IMG/VR virus record: IMGVR_UViG_3300032212_000040
Location: 1-42,281 of that record
Length of the DNA: 42,281 bases
Direction: 5' to 3' (one strand)
From: a virus
Lineage: Duplodnaviria > Caudoviricetes
The notes under the pieces were generated by a model. That model was not told the DNA's origin. It saw only the letters and a list, made by a program, of their open reading frames with translations, and searched no databases. This document shows, piece by piece, positions 1 through 7,581 of the stretch (position 1 is the stretch's first letter; each line of letters starts with the position of its first letter). A program made the translations under genes and the position numbers.

Positions 1-166
1 TGTTGCATATATTGCTTTCTTAATGCTTGAGCGCCAACTGTTACTGGTTCGGTTTGCATATCGTGAAGCAACCATTCTAAAAGCTTTATTGACTTTTCTT
101 TCTGTTTTTCAATTCTGCGATGTTGTTTCATTTCGTTTATATTGTATTCTGCTCGTGGATTGTATT
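1..166. repeat. Terminal direct repeat, left copy (assembly circularisation overlap)
   Basis: 1..166 equals 42116..42281 except G40 vs A42155. Confidence 0.95.
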
Positions 167-170
167 TCAT
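1..170 (-). CDS. Small basic hypothetical protein (58 aa, MKYNPRAEYN...KKAIYATT) spanning the circular junction; stop at 42110-42112
   Basis: Manual translation; ATG overlaps the TGA of 167..379 (ATGA coupling) and the frame continues across the junction. Confidence 0.65.
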   Translation of the reverse strand, partial: MKYNPRAEYNINEMKQHRRIEKQKEKSIKLLEWLLHDMQTEPVTVGAQALRKQYMQ

Positions 171-379
171 GATGCAAAACCCTTTCTGTTGCTGAATTTG
201 CGTATAAACTCTTTGCATTGCTCAAAAGTGAATCGTTTGTCTAAAGGGCTGTCTGCCCAATCAAAGATGATCAAATCACCATGATAGCCTTCACCCATGC
301 CTAAGCCGTGCCACCTACCATACTTAATTAAAGCAAGTGTTTCTTCATCTTCCTTATATTTTCTTCTGTAATCAAACAT
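167..379 (-). CDS. Hypothetical early protein
   Basis: ORF track; AAGGAA RBS upstream; operon context. Confidence 0.75.
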   Translation of the reverse strand: MFDYRRKYKEDEETLALIKYGRWHGLGMGEGYHGDLIIFDWADSPLDKRFTFEQCKEFIRKFSNRKGFAS

Positions 380-383
380 GTTC

Positions 384-722
384 TTAATTCCTTATTTGTT
401 CAATAATATACACATAGCCCATCTTGTATTTAATATCATACCATGCGTTTGCATCTATTGCAACACCGTTGTAATGTGGCACGCCTTTAATACTATTCAC
501 TTGTACACCCACGGCTTTTAAACGTTCTCTTGTTGTTGGTGTGTTCCATCCTGCAAGGGTGAAGCTAACATCACCTGTGCTTTGCTGCTTGTAAGCTATC
601 AAATTACCATGCAGGCGTAGTTCTACACCTATATCGTCACGCAGTTCAACCGCTGTGTTATCTTTCCTGAAAGCTTTACTTGTGTTAAAAGCTTCCCCTG
701 CTTGTTCTGTTATCTTTCTCAT
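384..722 (-). CDS. Hypothetical early phage protein (GWNTPTTRERL motif)
   Basis: ORF track; AAGGGAG RBS; downstream of a promoter. Confidence 0.85.
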   Translation of the reverse strand: MRKITEQAGEAFNTSKAFRKDNTAVELRDDIGVELRLHGNLIAYKQQSTGDVSFTLAGWNTPTTRERLKAVGVQVNSIKGVPHYNGVAIDANAWYDIKYKMGYVYIIEQIRN

Positions 723-766
723 AATCTAAACTCCCTTTTTAACTGCTTATGTTTATTTATATGTTA

Positions 767-795
767 AGCCTACCAAGGCTTATACATGTTGTCAA
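767..795 (-). promoter_or_regulatory. sigma70-like early promoter
   Basis: TTGACA-17 nt-TAGGCT with extended -10 TG. Confidence 0.7.
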
Positions 796-804
796 CTGTT
801 TTAT

Positions 805-1035
805 TTAATAAATAGTTATTCTTTTGAAGAACACCGTTGTACATCCTTCTTTAAATTCTACATCCATGGCTAACACTTCGCCTTCATCTACTCTGTTGAA
901 AGAGGCTAGGTCAGGTGGTGAGAAATATACTTCTTCGCTGAAATGATCCTCTAGTGCCTCGTTTATGGTGCTATGGTGTCTATCACCAATAGCTGCAATA
1001 ACTTCGCCACTCCCTTCTGTTATTAATGTGTGCAT
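805..1035 (-). CDS. Hypothetical acidic early protein
   Basis: ORF track; AAGGAG RBS. Confidence 0.8.
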   Translation of the reverse strand: MHTLITEGSGEVIAAIGDRHHSTINEALEDHFSEEVYFSPPDLASFNRVDEGEVLAMDVEFKEGCTTVFFKRITIY

Positions 1036-1067
1036 ACTCTTAACTCCTTTTCTTTGTTTATATAAGT

Positions 1068-1096
1068 ATTATGTGCTCATTCTAGCAGTGTGTCAA
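1068..1096 (-). promoter_or_regulatory. sigma70-like early promoter
   Basis: TTGACA-17 nt-CATAAT. Confidence 0.75.
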
Positions 1097-1144
1097 CACC
1101 TAATTTAATATTTATTTAATATTATGTGTTTTAGCTTGTTATGT
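1090..1144. repeat. 55-nt promoter-upstream repeat, copy 1 (copy 2 at 42020..42074)
   Basis: 49/55 identity by manual alignment; both copies include the -35 TTGACA on the - strand. Confidence 0.85.
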
Positions 1145-1201
1145 CCCTGCTAATTGTAACGTTTCGTTACATTGTATTACAATTACCATTATAAATCACA
1201 C

Positions 1202-1222
1202 TTATCCACAGACTTATCCACA
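1202..1222 (+). promoter_or_regulatory. Two tandem DnaA-box consensus sequences
   Basis: TTATCCACA at 1202-1210 and 1214-1222. Confidence 0.65.
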
Positions 1223-1268
1223 GGCTAGTTAGCTAGTGTGACAGCCAATAACTAGCATATTCTAGCTA

Positions 1269-1284
1269 TGTTTCACGTGTAACA
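1269..1284. promoter_or_regulatory. parS consensus site
   Basis: TGTTTCACGTGTAACA; its reverse complement TGTTACACGTGAAACA matches TGTTNCACGTGAAACA. Confidence 0.65.
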
Positions 1285-1495
1285 ATCTAGTGTTATTAGC
1301 AGTCTAAGCACTAGAGTGCTAACAGTGTCACTACTAGAGTGCTAGCATATTAGCATCTTCTAATATAGACTAACTAGTGGTTGGTGAGCTAGCCCCCCCC
1401 CATACCCGCAGGTGGTGTCTGTAGATGGTGGGTGGTAGGGAATTGGTATAGACCACTCTCAAACTATAGTGTGTTTCGGGAGATTATTTGGGCAT

Positions 1496-1520
1496 AAAGA
1501 AAGGGGCCTGTAGGCCCCCT
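1496..1520 (-). terminator. Intrinsic terminator downstream of 1583..1894
   Basis: GGGGCCT/AGGCCCC inverted repeat followed on the - strand by TTTCTTT. Confidence 0.55.
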
Positions 1521-1582
1521 ACATAACATATAATTATTTGTGTATTATTAGCTTATTTTAAGCTAGCGATAGAGAAATATAA

Positions 1583-1894
1583 TTATTCTGGCTTATTAGC
1601 TTCTATTTCTATGATTTCTTCCACCTCTAATTTGTTATTAATCATAGCTTGTTTTAAGCCATTATAAATGGTGTTATGCATGTCTTCTTCTTGGAAGACA
1701 TTTAAGTTGTCTACATCAACGTACGTAGCCACCTCTGTACCATGACAATCAGCTGATATACGTACAGCTGGTGGATCTACAGCATTGAAGTCAGCAATGA
1801 TGTAATTTAGATTAAGCTGTTTCAGCTTCTTGAATAATGTTCTAGACAACTGCTCAATAGGATGAGCATCTAGTAGTGTACCAGTGGATAACAT
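1583..1894 (-). CDS. Hypothetical protein, monocistronic
   Basis: ORF track; GAGGA RBS; own promoter and terminator. Confidence 0.8.
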   Translation of the reverse strand: MLSTGTLLDAHPIEQLSRTLFKKLKQLNLNYIIADFNAVDPPAVRISADCHGTEVATYVDVDNLNVFQEEDMHNTIYNGLKQAMINNKLEVEEIIEIEANKPE

Positions 1895-2008
1895 GTTAAT
1901 TCCTCATTATTAGTGTAATGCTTCTAACGAAGCCAACGAAGTGCTTCTAGTGCTCGAATATTGTTGTTAGACATAACAACGAACATTCTCGCCAACCTTA
2001 GTGAGGAC

Positions 2009-2037
2009 ATTATAACATTAATTCAGCCTAAAGTCAA
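2009..2037 (-). promoter_or_regulatory. sigma70 promoter (divergent pair, leftward)
   Basis: TTGACT-17 nt-TATAAT with extended TG. Confidence 0.85.
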
Positions 2038-2074
2038 GAGAATTAAAATAATTAAACGATAGTGCATTATTCTC

Positions 2075-2103
2075 TTGACAAACGAGTAAAAGTATGCTAT
2101 AAT
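2075..2103 (+). promoter_or_regulatory. sigma70 promoter (divergent pair, rightward), no ORF downstream
   Basis: TTGACA-17 nt-TATAAT with extended TG. Confidence 0.9.
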
Positions 2104-2109
2104 AACCTT

Positions 2110-2240
2110 GTCTTCGTCAAAGTGACATAAAGACTCAGCCAAGGAGAGGTGTAAGCCTCTCTCATAAGCTTAACAGCTTCTTCGTGCGGGACAGACTCTT
2201 GTAAAGAGCTGACCGCATTCGAGGCATCACAGACGAATAT
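2110..2240 (+). ncRNA. Candidate structured non-coding RNA
   Basis: Starts at the predicted TSS; closed multibranch fold (2113-2118/2232-2237) with three inner arms; no ORF. Confidence 0.45.
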
Positions 2241-2618
2241 GAATATACGACAGTATATTAACATTCTTAGTGTTTAACACCTCTAACATTAACATGTTTA
2301 TTTTTTTCTTAAAAAAGAAATAAACGTTATTAATATTAATAACACATTCCTTTAGGGGAATGTTATGTCTATTTAACAATTATTATATAAGAGGAGGACT
2401 TCGGCCTCCTTATTAACAACTAATAATATTAAATTGTTTAGCTGACCGACATACATGTCGCCCAGCATTTGTTTAACGCTCCGACATGGATGTCGAACCG
2501 TAGAGTTGTTTAGAAAGAAGCCTCGGCTTCAGCACACTCCTTTAACGTCGTATGCTGTACATCGCCTAGCTGCTCCTTTCTATTTTTAAAAAATAATGTA
2601 TTTTATTAAAGAAAACAC

Positions 2619-2647
2619 TTGACAAACACATTTTAATGTGTTATAAT
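2619..2647 (+). promoter_or_regulatory. sigma70 promoter of the packaging/structural operon with a spacer palindrome
   Basis: TTGACA-17 nt-TATAAT; AACACATT-TT-AATGTGTT at 2625-2642. Confidence 0.85.
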
Positions 2648-2654
2648 GTTGTCT

Positions 2655-3107
2655 ATGAAAGATAAAAGAGGTAAACCTCGTCGTTCAAATTCCCCCATTA
2701 GTTGTTTAAAGAAGAGGTATGTACGTGCCGTACACAAGGTTCCTACAATGGAAGCTTATTACGATTGCATGAAATACTACAGAGCTCTTAGGCGTTTAAA
2801 TACGTACAATCACCACAACACAAGGGAAGCAGCTATGGAGGCCATCTATAGCAAGGCCGAGGAAATAAAACGTATTGTGAGGGAACGTGTTATGAAGAAT
2901 TTTAAAGAGAAGCACATTGTTAAGGCCTATAAGAAGTTGTCAAAGAAAGAAGAGACAAAGCTTGTAGAAGTTTTAAAGAAAGTTATTAAAGGGAACGAGG
3001 TTCCCGGCTTCACAACAATTCCAACCTGTAAGGTGGAGGGTGCGCACACAGTGACACCTGTGTTCGATTTAAAGAATGGACGCACTTTCTGTATTAGCAA
3101 TGTCTAA
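2655..3107 (+). CDS. Basic hypothetical protein upstream of terminase, probably leaderless
   Basis: ORF 2646..3107; its first ATG overlaps the -10 box, so ATG 2655 is more plausible. Confidence 0.7.
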   Translation: MKDKRGKPRRSNSPISCLKKRYVRAVHKVPTMEAYYDCMKYYRALRRLNTYNHHNTREAAMEAIYSKAEEIKRIVRERVMKNFKEKHIVKAYKKLSKKEETKLVEVLKKVIKGNEVPGFTTIPTCKVEGAHTVTPVFDLKNGRTFCISNV

Positions 3108-3648
3108 GGACAAGCGTAAGAAGCTCGATTATGAGGTGTTTGCTATTAAAGTGGCTGAGGGAGCCACGAATATAGCAGCTTATAGAGCAGCTGGTGGAAA
3201 GTCTACAGGTGATGAAGCTAAAAAAGCATCATCTAGGCTCAGGAAGAGACCAGATGTAGATGTTATGATTAAAGATAATATTTACAAGTTGGCTATGAGT
3301 ACACAAGTGGAGCTCGTTTCTCTTGCTCCGGCAGCCTTACAAGTGAGACGTGATATATTAGAGAATAAAGAAACATTAGAGGATGGCTCACGCATCCCTA
3401 AGAATTATTCCGATAAGATGCGTAAAGATGTTTCAGATGCCGTTCTGGCAGATGTTCAGAAGATTCTCCCTAAACAAATCCAAACACAAGTGGTACATGA
3501 AGTAGGAGAGGGACTAGATGAACTCATTGAACAGCTTATCGAAGGAAGACCTTCAGAAGTTGCGAAGCTCATTGAAGGAGAAGTTGTCGAAGAATCCGGA
3601 GCTGACGAAGAAGCTTCAGGAGAGCTTGGCCCAGACAGCGACGCATAG
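3100..3648 (+). CDS. terS: Terminase small subunit
   Basis: FA..VAEG.TN.AAYRAAG...ASSRLRKRPDV is a typical TerS HTH N-terminus; lies before TerL; start could be 3076 or 3100. Confidence 0.8.
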   Translation: MSKDKRKKLDYEVFAIKVAEGATNIAAYRAAGGKSTGDEAKKASSRLRKRPDVDVMIKDNIYKLAMSTQVELVSLAPAALQVRRDILENKETLEDGSRIPKNYSDKMRKDVSDAVLADVQKILPKQIQTQVVHEVGEGLDELIEQLIEGRPSEVAKLIEGEVVEESGADEEASGELGPDSDA

Positions 3649-4972
3649 GCTCTCCCTATACGTCCCACACAAGAAACAAGCTGCATTCCATGCTGTTGGC
3701 TCCTCTCATCAGAATAGGATGTTTTTAGCTGGTAACCGTGTTGGTAAGTCTGAAGCCGGTGCAAACGAGGCAGCTATGCATTTAACAGGCATCTACCCTA
3801 AGTGGTGGAAGGGCAAACGTTTTGATAGCCCCATCCTAGCTATAGCTGCTTCTGTCACCAGTGAGACAACACGTGATATTCTACAAGTTAAATATTTAGG
3901 GTCGTTATTCCCAGAAGAGTTTGGAATAGGTACAATCCCTAAGGATTGCTTAGGCGACCACTCTAGACGACAAGGTATTGCTAACGCAATCGACACCATT
4001 AAAGTGAAGCACATCTCAGGTGGTTGGTCTACATTACAGTTTAAGAGTTATGACCAAGGACGAGCTAAGTTTCAGGGTGTAGCCCCAGACTTCATTCATT
4101 TAGATGAAGAGCCAGACATTCAGATTTATACAGAATGTAAACGTGGTACGATGACCACAGGTGGCCACATCATATTAACGATGACACCTCTTAGCGGTAT
4201 GACAGAAGTTTGTGAGTTGTTCCTTAAAGATGCAACAGGTAAGCTTAGTGTTACGACAGCTGGTTGGAATGATGCCACACACCTTACAGAAGAAGCTAAA
4301 GATGAAATGAGAGCTTCTCTCCCTCCTCACGAGATTGAGGCAAGGGAAAAGGGTATTCCCACCGTCGGTGTTGGTAAGATTTATACATTTAAACAAGAAG
4401 AGATTAGTTGTGAGCCTTTTGAACTACCTTCTTATTATCGCCTTGCTTATGGTTTGGATTTCGGGTGGAACAACACGGCAGCAGTGTGGGGAGCTTATAA
4501 CCCGGACACAGACACATGGTATGTTTACACCGAGTATAAATTGGGTCAGCTAGACCCAATAGCCCATACACAGAATATTATTCGTATTGGTGGTAAGGGT
4601 GTTAGGGGGGTTTGTGACCCCGCTGGTGGAAACAGTTCCCAAGCTGACGGTAAGAAAATACTAGAGCAGTTTCAGCACGAAGGGTTGTTCTTACAACCAG
4701 CAGACAATAGCGTTAGTGCAGGTATTAACGAAGTGTATGCCAGATTCAGAACAGGTAGGCTTAAAATATTCTCCACATGTAATGAGATTTTTAGTGAGCT
4801 TAATGTTTATGCCCGTGATAAGAAGGGTAAGGTTATTAAAAGAAACGACCACCTATTAGATGCTCTTAGGTATTTAATAATGTCAGGTGGTGAGGTTGCA
4901 AGACCTAAACATTCTAAGCTAAAGCGCATGTTTGGAAACAAACGAACAAAAACATCTTGGAAAACAGCATAA
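3518..4972 (+). CDS. terL: Terminase large subunit (P22-like)
   Basis: Walker A GNRVGKS, Walker B IHLDEE, coupling motif TMTP, nuclease GLDFG and DHLLDALRY. Confidence 0.97.
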   Translation: MNSLNSLSKEDLQKLRSSLKEKLSKNPELTKKLQESLAQTATHRLSLYVPHKKQAAFHAVGSSHQNRMFLAGNRVGKSEAGANEAAMHLTGIYPKWWKGKRFDSPILAIAASVTSETTRDILQVKYLGSLFPEEFGIGTIPKDCLGDHSRRQGIANAIDTIKVKHISGGWSTLQFKSYDQGRAKFQGVAPDFIHLDEEPDIQIYTECKRGTMTTGGHIILTMTPLSGMTEVCELFLKDATGKLSVTTAGWNDATHLTEEAKDEMRASLPPHEIEAREKGIPTVGVGKIYTFKQEEISCEPFELPSYYRLAYGLDFGWNNTAAVWGAYNPDTDTWYVYTEYKLGQLDPIAHTQNIIRIGGKGVRGVCDPAGGNSSQADGKKILEQFQHEGLFLQPADNSVSAGINEVYARFRTGRLKIFSTCNEIFSELNVYARDKKGKVIKRNDHLLDALRYLIMSGGEVARPKHSKLKRMFGNKRTKTSWKTA

Positions 4973-6763
4973 ATGAGTGATGTAGTAAAAACGGCTAAAT
5001 CTATCCTTAAAACGGATAGTGAGTCTAAAATCTATAAGAAATGGCTTGAAGAAGCCCGTAAAGCTTTTGATTTCTACGAAGGTGAACACTTCACAGAAGA
5101 AGAAATAGCTACGTTACAAGAAAGAAGTCAGCCTATAATTCCCGTCAACCGCATTGCTGTTAACGTGGATAATATTGCTGGACAAGAGATTAGCTCACGT
5201 ACACGTATTGGATTCGCCTCACGCTCTTTTGATGAAGACGAGAAGAGAACAGCAACAGCTTTAACAGCTGTAGCTCAATACATCCAAGAAAAAGAAGACA
5301 CGTCATATAAGCTGTCCATTAGAAATAAGCATAGACTTATTTGTGGACTGGGCTACATAGAACGTAGTGCTGAAGAAGAAAACCTATTCTATGGGAATGT
5401 AAATCCATTCGAGGTTGTGCCGGACAGCACAGACATGACACCAGACTACTCAGATAGCCGCCACATACACAGAATCAGGTGGGCTGATTTAGACGAACTT
5501 AAGAAAACATTTCCAGAAAAAGCAGAAGAGCTGACAGCCCTCCTTGGTAAGAGTAAGCAGGATGCTGTAAACATCGCTGCAAGCATGAATATTCAAAACC
5601 AAGACTTCAATGGTGTTAACACAAACAAATTCTGGTCTGATTTCAAGCGTAATCGCATCCGTATTGCTGAATATCAATACAAGAAGAGCGTAGATGCCTT
5701 CAGAGTTGTTACAGATGCTGGTCAGGTGTTAGAAACATTCGATAAGGATGAGGCTAATAAGCTTGCAGCTAGAGATGAGACAGGCAAGAAGCTAGAAAAC
5801 ACTGTCAAAGAGATTAAGAAGGACCAAATGTGGAGCCTTTTCTATGCTGAAGACATAGAATTAGCTAATGTACAGCAAGAAGTGCAGAATGAGACATTCT
5901 CTCTACAAGTTAGTGTCCTAAAACGTACATTAGAAGGTGTTCCTTACGGTATTGTTAAGCCAGCCATCCCTGTACAAGATGAATTGAACAAAAGACGCTC
6001 TAAAGCCTTACATTTAATGAACACCAACCGCGTGATTATGGATGTTGATGCTGTAGAGGACCTAGATGAGCTAGCTCAGGAAGTGAGCGACCCTTCAGGT
6101 ATTATTGTTAAGCGTCCCGGTAAGGAATTACAGTTTGCCGACATCAACCAACGTGAGATTAGTAATCAAATTGGTATGATGCAGCGTGCAGAGCAAGAAA
6201 TTGATATGGTGATGGGTATATTCCCTGAAAGCATAGGTCAGCCTACAAATGCTGTTAGTGGTATTGCTATTAGACAGCGTCAAGTTGGTAGTTCTCGTAA
6301 CCAAGTGGCAAGTTTAGACACACACAGAGCCGACCGTAAGAAATTCGGTAGGGATATGCTCTCTTCAATACAAAGCATCCTTACACAAGAACGTATTGTA
6401 GAAGTGATTGATGATGACGAAGTAGCTATGTCAATACCTCTCAACCAAAAGACAGAGAATGGTGTACAACACGATGTTAGAACAGTTGATTTAGACATCT
6501 ACGTTGAAGAGACACCAGAATATGATGCTCCACCAGAACAATTGGCAGAACTCGTACAACAAGTTATGATGAATGGGCAAGGTCATCTCCTAACACAACC
6601 AGACCTTCTCATCATCCTCGGTGTTCAGCCTACATACGCTAAGCGTATGGCGAATGCCGCACAAAAAGCTTTAGCAGCGTCACCTGAACAACAGGAAGCT
6701 GCTGGCCCTAATGCAGGGGGTACAACTGCAACTACACCGTCCCCAGATGGTCTGGGAGGATAG
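4973..6763 (+). CDS. Portal protein (P22-like)
   Basis: FDFYEGEH, N.I..NV.NI.G, QDELNKRRSK and SG.AI..RQ motifs; follows TerL. Confidence 0.9.
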   Translation: MSDVVKTAKSILKTDSESKIYKKWLEEARKAFDFYEGEHFTEEEIATLQERSQPIIPVNRIAVNVDNIAGQEISSRTRIGFASRSFDEDEKRTATALTAVAQYIQEKEDTSYKLSIRNKHRLICGLGYIERSAEEENLFYGNVNPFEVVPDSTDMTPDYSDSRHIHRIRWADLDELKKTFPEKAEELTALLGKSKQDAVNIAASMNIQNQDFNGVNTNKFWSDFKRNRIRIAEYQYKKSVDAFRVVTDAGQVLETFDKDEANKLAARDETGKKLENTVKEIKKDQMWSLFYAEDIELANVQQEVQNETFSLQVSVLKRTLEGVPYGIVKPAIPVQDELNKRRSKALHLMNTNRVIMDVDAVEDLDELAQEVSDPSGIIVKRPGKELQFADINQREISNQIGMMQRAEQEIDMVMGIFPESIGQPTNAVSGIAIRQRQVGSSRNQVASLDTHRADRKKFGRDMLSSIQSILTQERIVEVIDDDEVAMSIPLNQKTENGVQHDVRTVDLDIYVEETPEYDAPPEQLAELVQQVMMNGQGHLLTQPDLLIILGVQPTYAKRMANAAQKALAASPEQQEAAGPNAGGTTATTPSPDGLGG

Positions 6764-6784
6764 TAACTAACTAGGAGACTTAAG

Positions 6785-7570
6785 ATGTCAGACGAAAGAG
6801 AAGTGGTTCCTTTTGATACGATGTTTTCTGATTCCAGTGAAGTTGGTACAGCCGACGAAGCTGCAGAGAATGTTGAACAAGATCAAGAGCCCGTTGATGA
6901 AACGCCTGTAGAAGAACCTACAGAACAAGACGAGAAACAAGAAGCTTCAGAAGAAGTTGGTGATGAGCCAGCAGATGAAGAAGTGAATTGGGAAGAAAAA
7001 TACGCTAACGAAGAGAAGCGACGTAAGGACACCCAGAAATGGGCTAATGACCTTAAACAGCAGAACGCTGCTATTCTAGCAAAAATAGAAGCAGGAGAAG
7101 AACTATCAGCTGAAGATATAGCTGCCCTTAAAGAAGGCTCTATTGACACAGACAACCCGATGGCTCCAATCATGCAGCAGTTTGAAATTAGCTACCCAAT
7201 TCTTAAAGAAGACTATGTTGCTCGTGGTGAAGACCCGGATACGTACGTTAAAGCGTTCGATAAAATGGCTTCACAAGATGTTTTAGTAGAACTTCAAAGC
7301 CTACCAAGTAACAAACAGGTTAGCTTTATCTTATCTAAAGGTAAAGAGTTTTCAAAAGATTACAGTCTTTTAGAAAAACATAACGGTAGTATTTCAGAAC
7401 TTATCGAAGCCGCTAAAAAAGAAGCAATATCCGAATACAAGAAGGGTGCTAAAGAAGCTCCTAAGCAGGATGAAGCTCCTAAAGGCCGACCTAAAGTGAG
7501 AGGTACTAGTTCAAGTGGAGGAAAAGCATCAAAGGATGCAGTTCCTTTTAATTCAATGTTTATTAGTTAA
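6785..7570 (+). CDS. Capsid scaffolding protein
   Basis: Acidic coiled-coil protein (EKRRKDTQ) between portal and capsid; AGGAG RBS. Confidence 0.75.
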   Translation: MSDEREVVPFDTMFSDSSEVGTADEAAENVEQDQEPVDETPVEEPTEQDEKQEASEEVGDEPADEEVNWEEKYANEEKRRKDTQKWANDLKQQNAAILAKIEAGEELSAEDIAALKEGSIDTDNPMAPIMQQFEISYPILKEDYVARGEDPDTYVKAFDKMASQDVLVELQSLPSNKQVSFILSKGKEFSKDYSLLEKHNGSISELIEAAKKEAISEYKKGAKEAPKQDEAPKGRPKVRGTSSSGGKASKDAVPFNSMFIS

Positions 7571-7581
7571 GGAGTCAATTT

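Noticed and set aside
1225-1392. CRISPR-like or iteron array
   Set aside because: Repeats are short, irregular and lack a constant repeat-spacer period
1515-1545. dif/XerCD-like half site (TTATGT on the - strand)
   Set aside because: Lacks the 11-6-11 layout and the TTAAAT end of the XerD arm; AT-rich coincidence
3518-3648. 131-nt terS/terL overlap as a novel feature
   Set aside because: Terminase gene overlaps are common and both frames are explained
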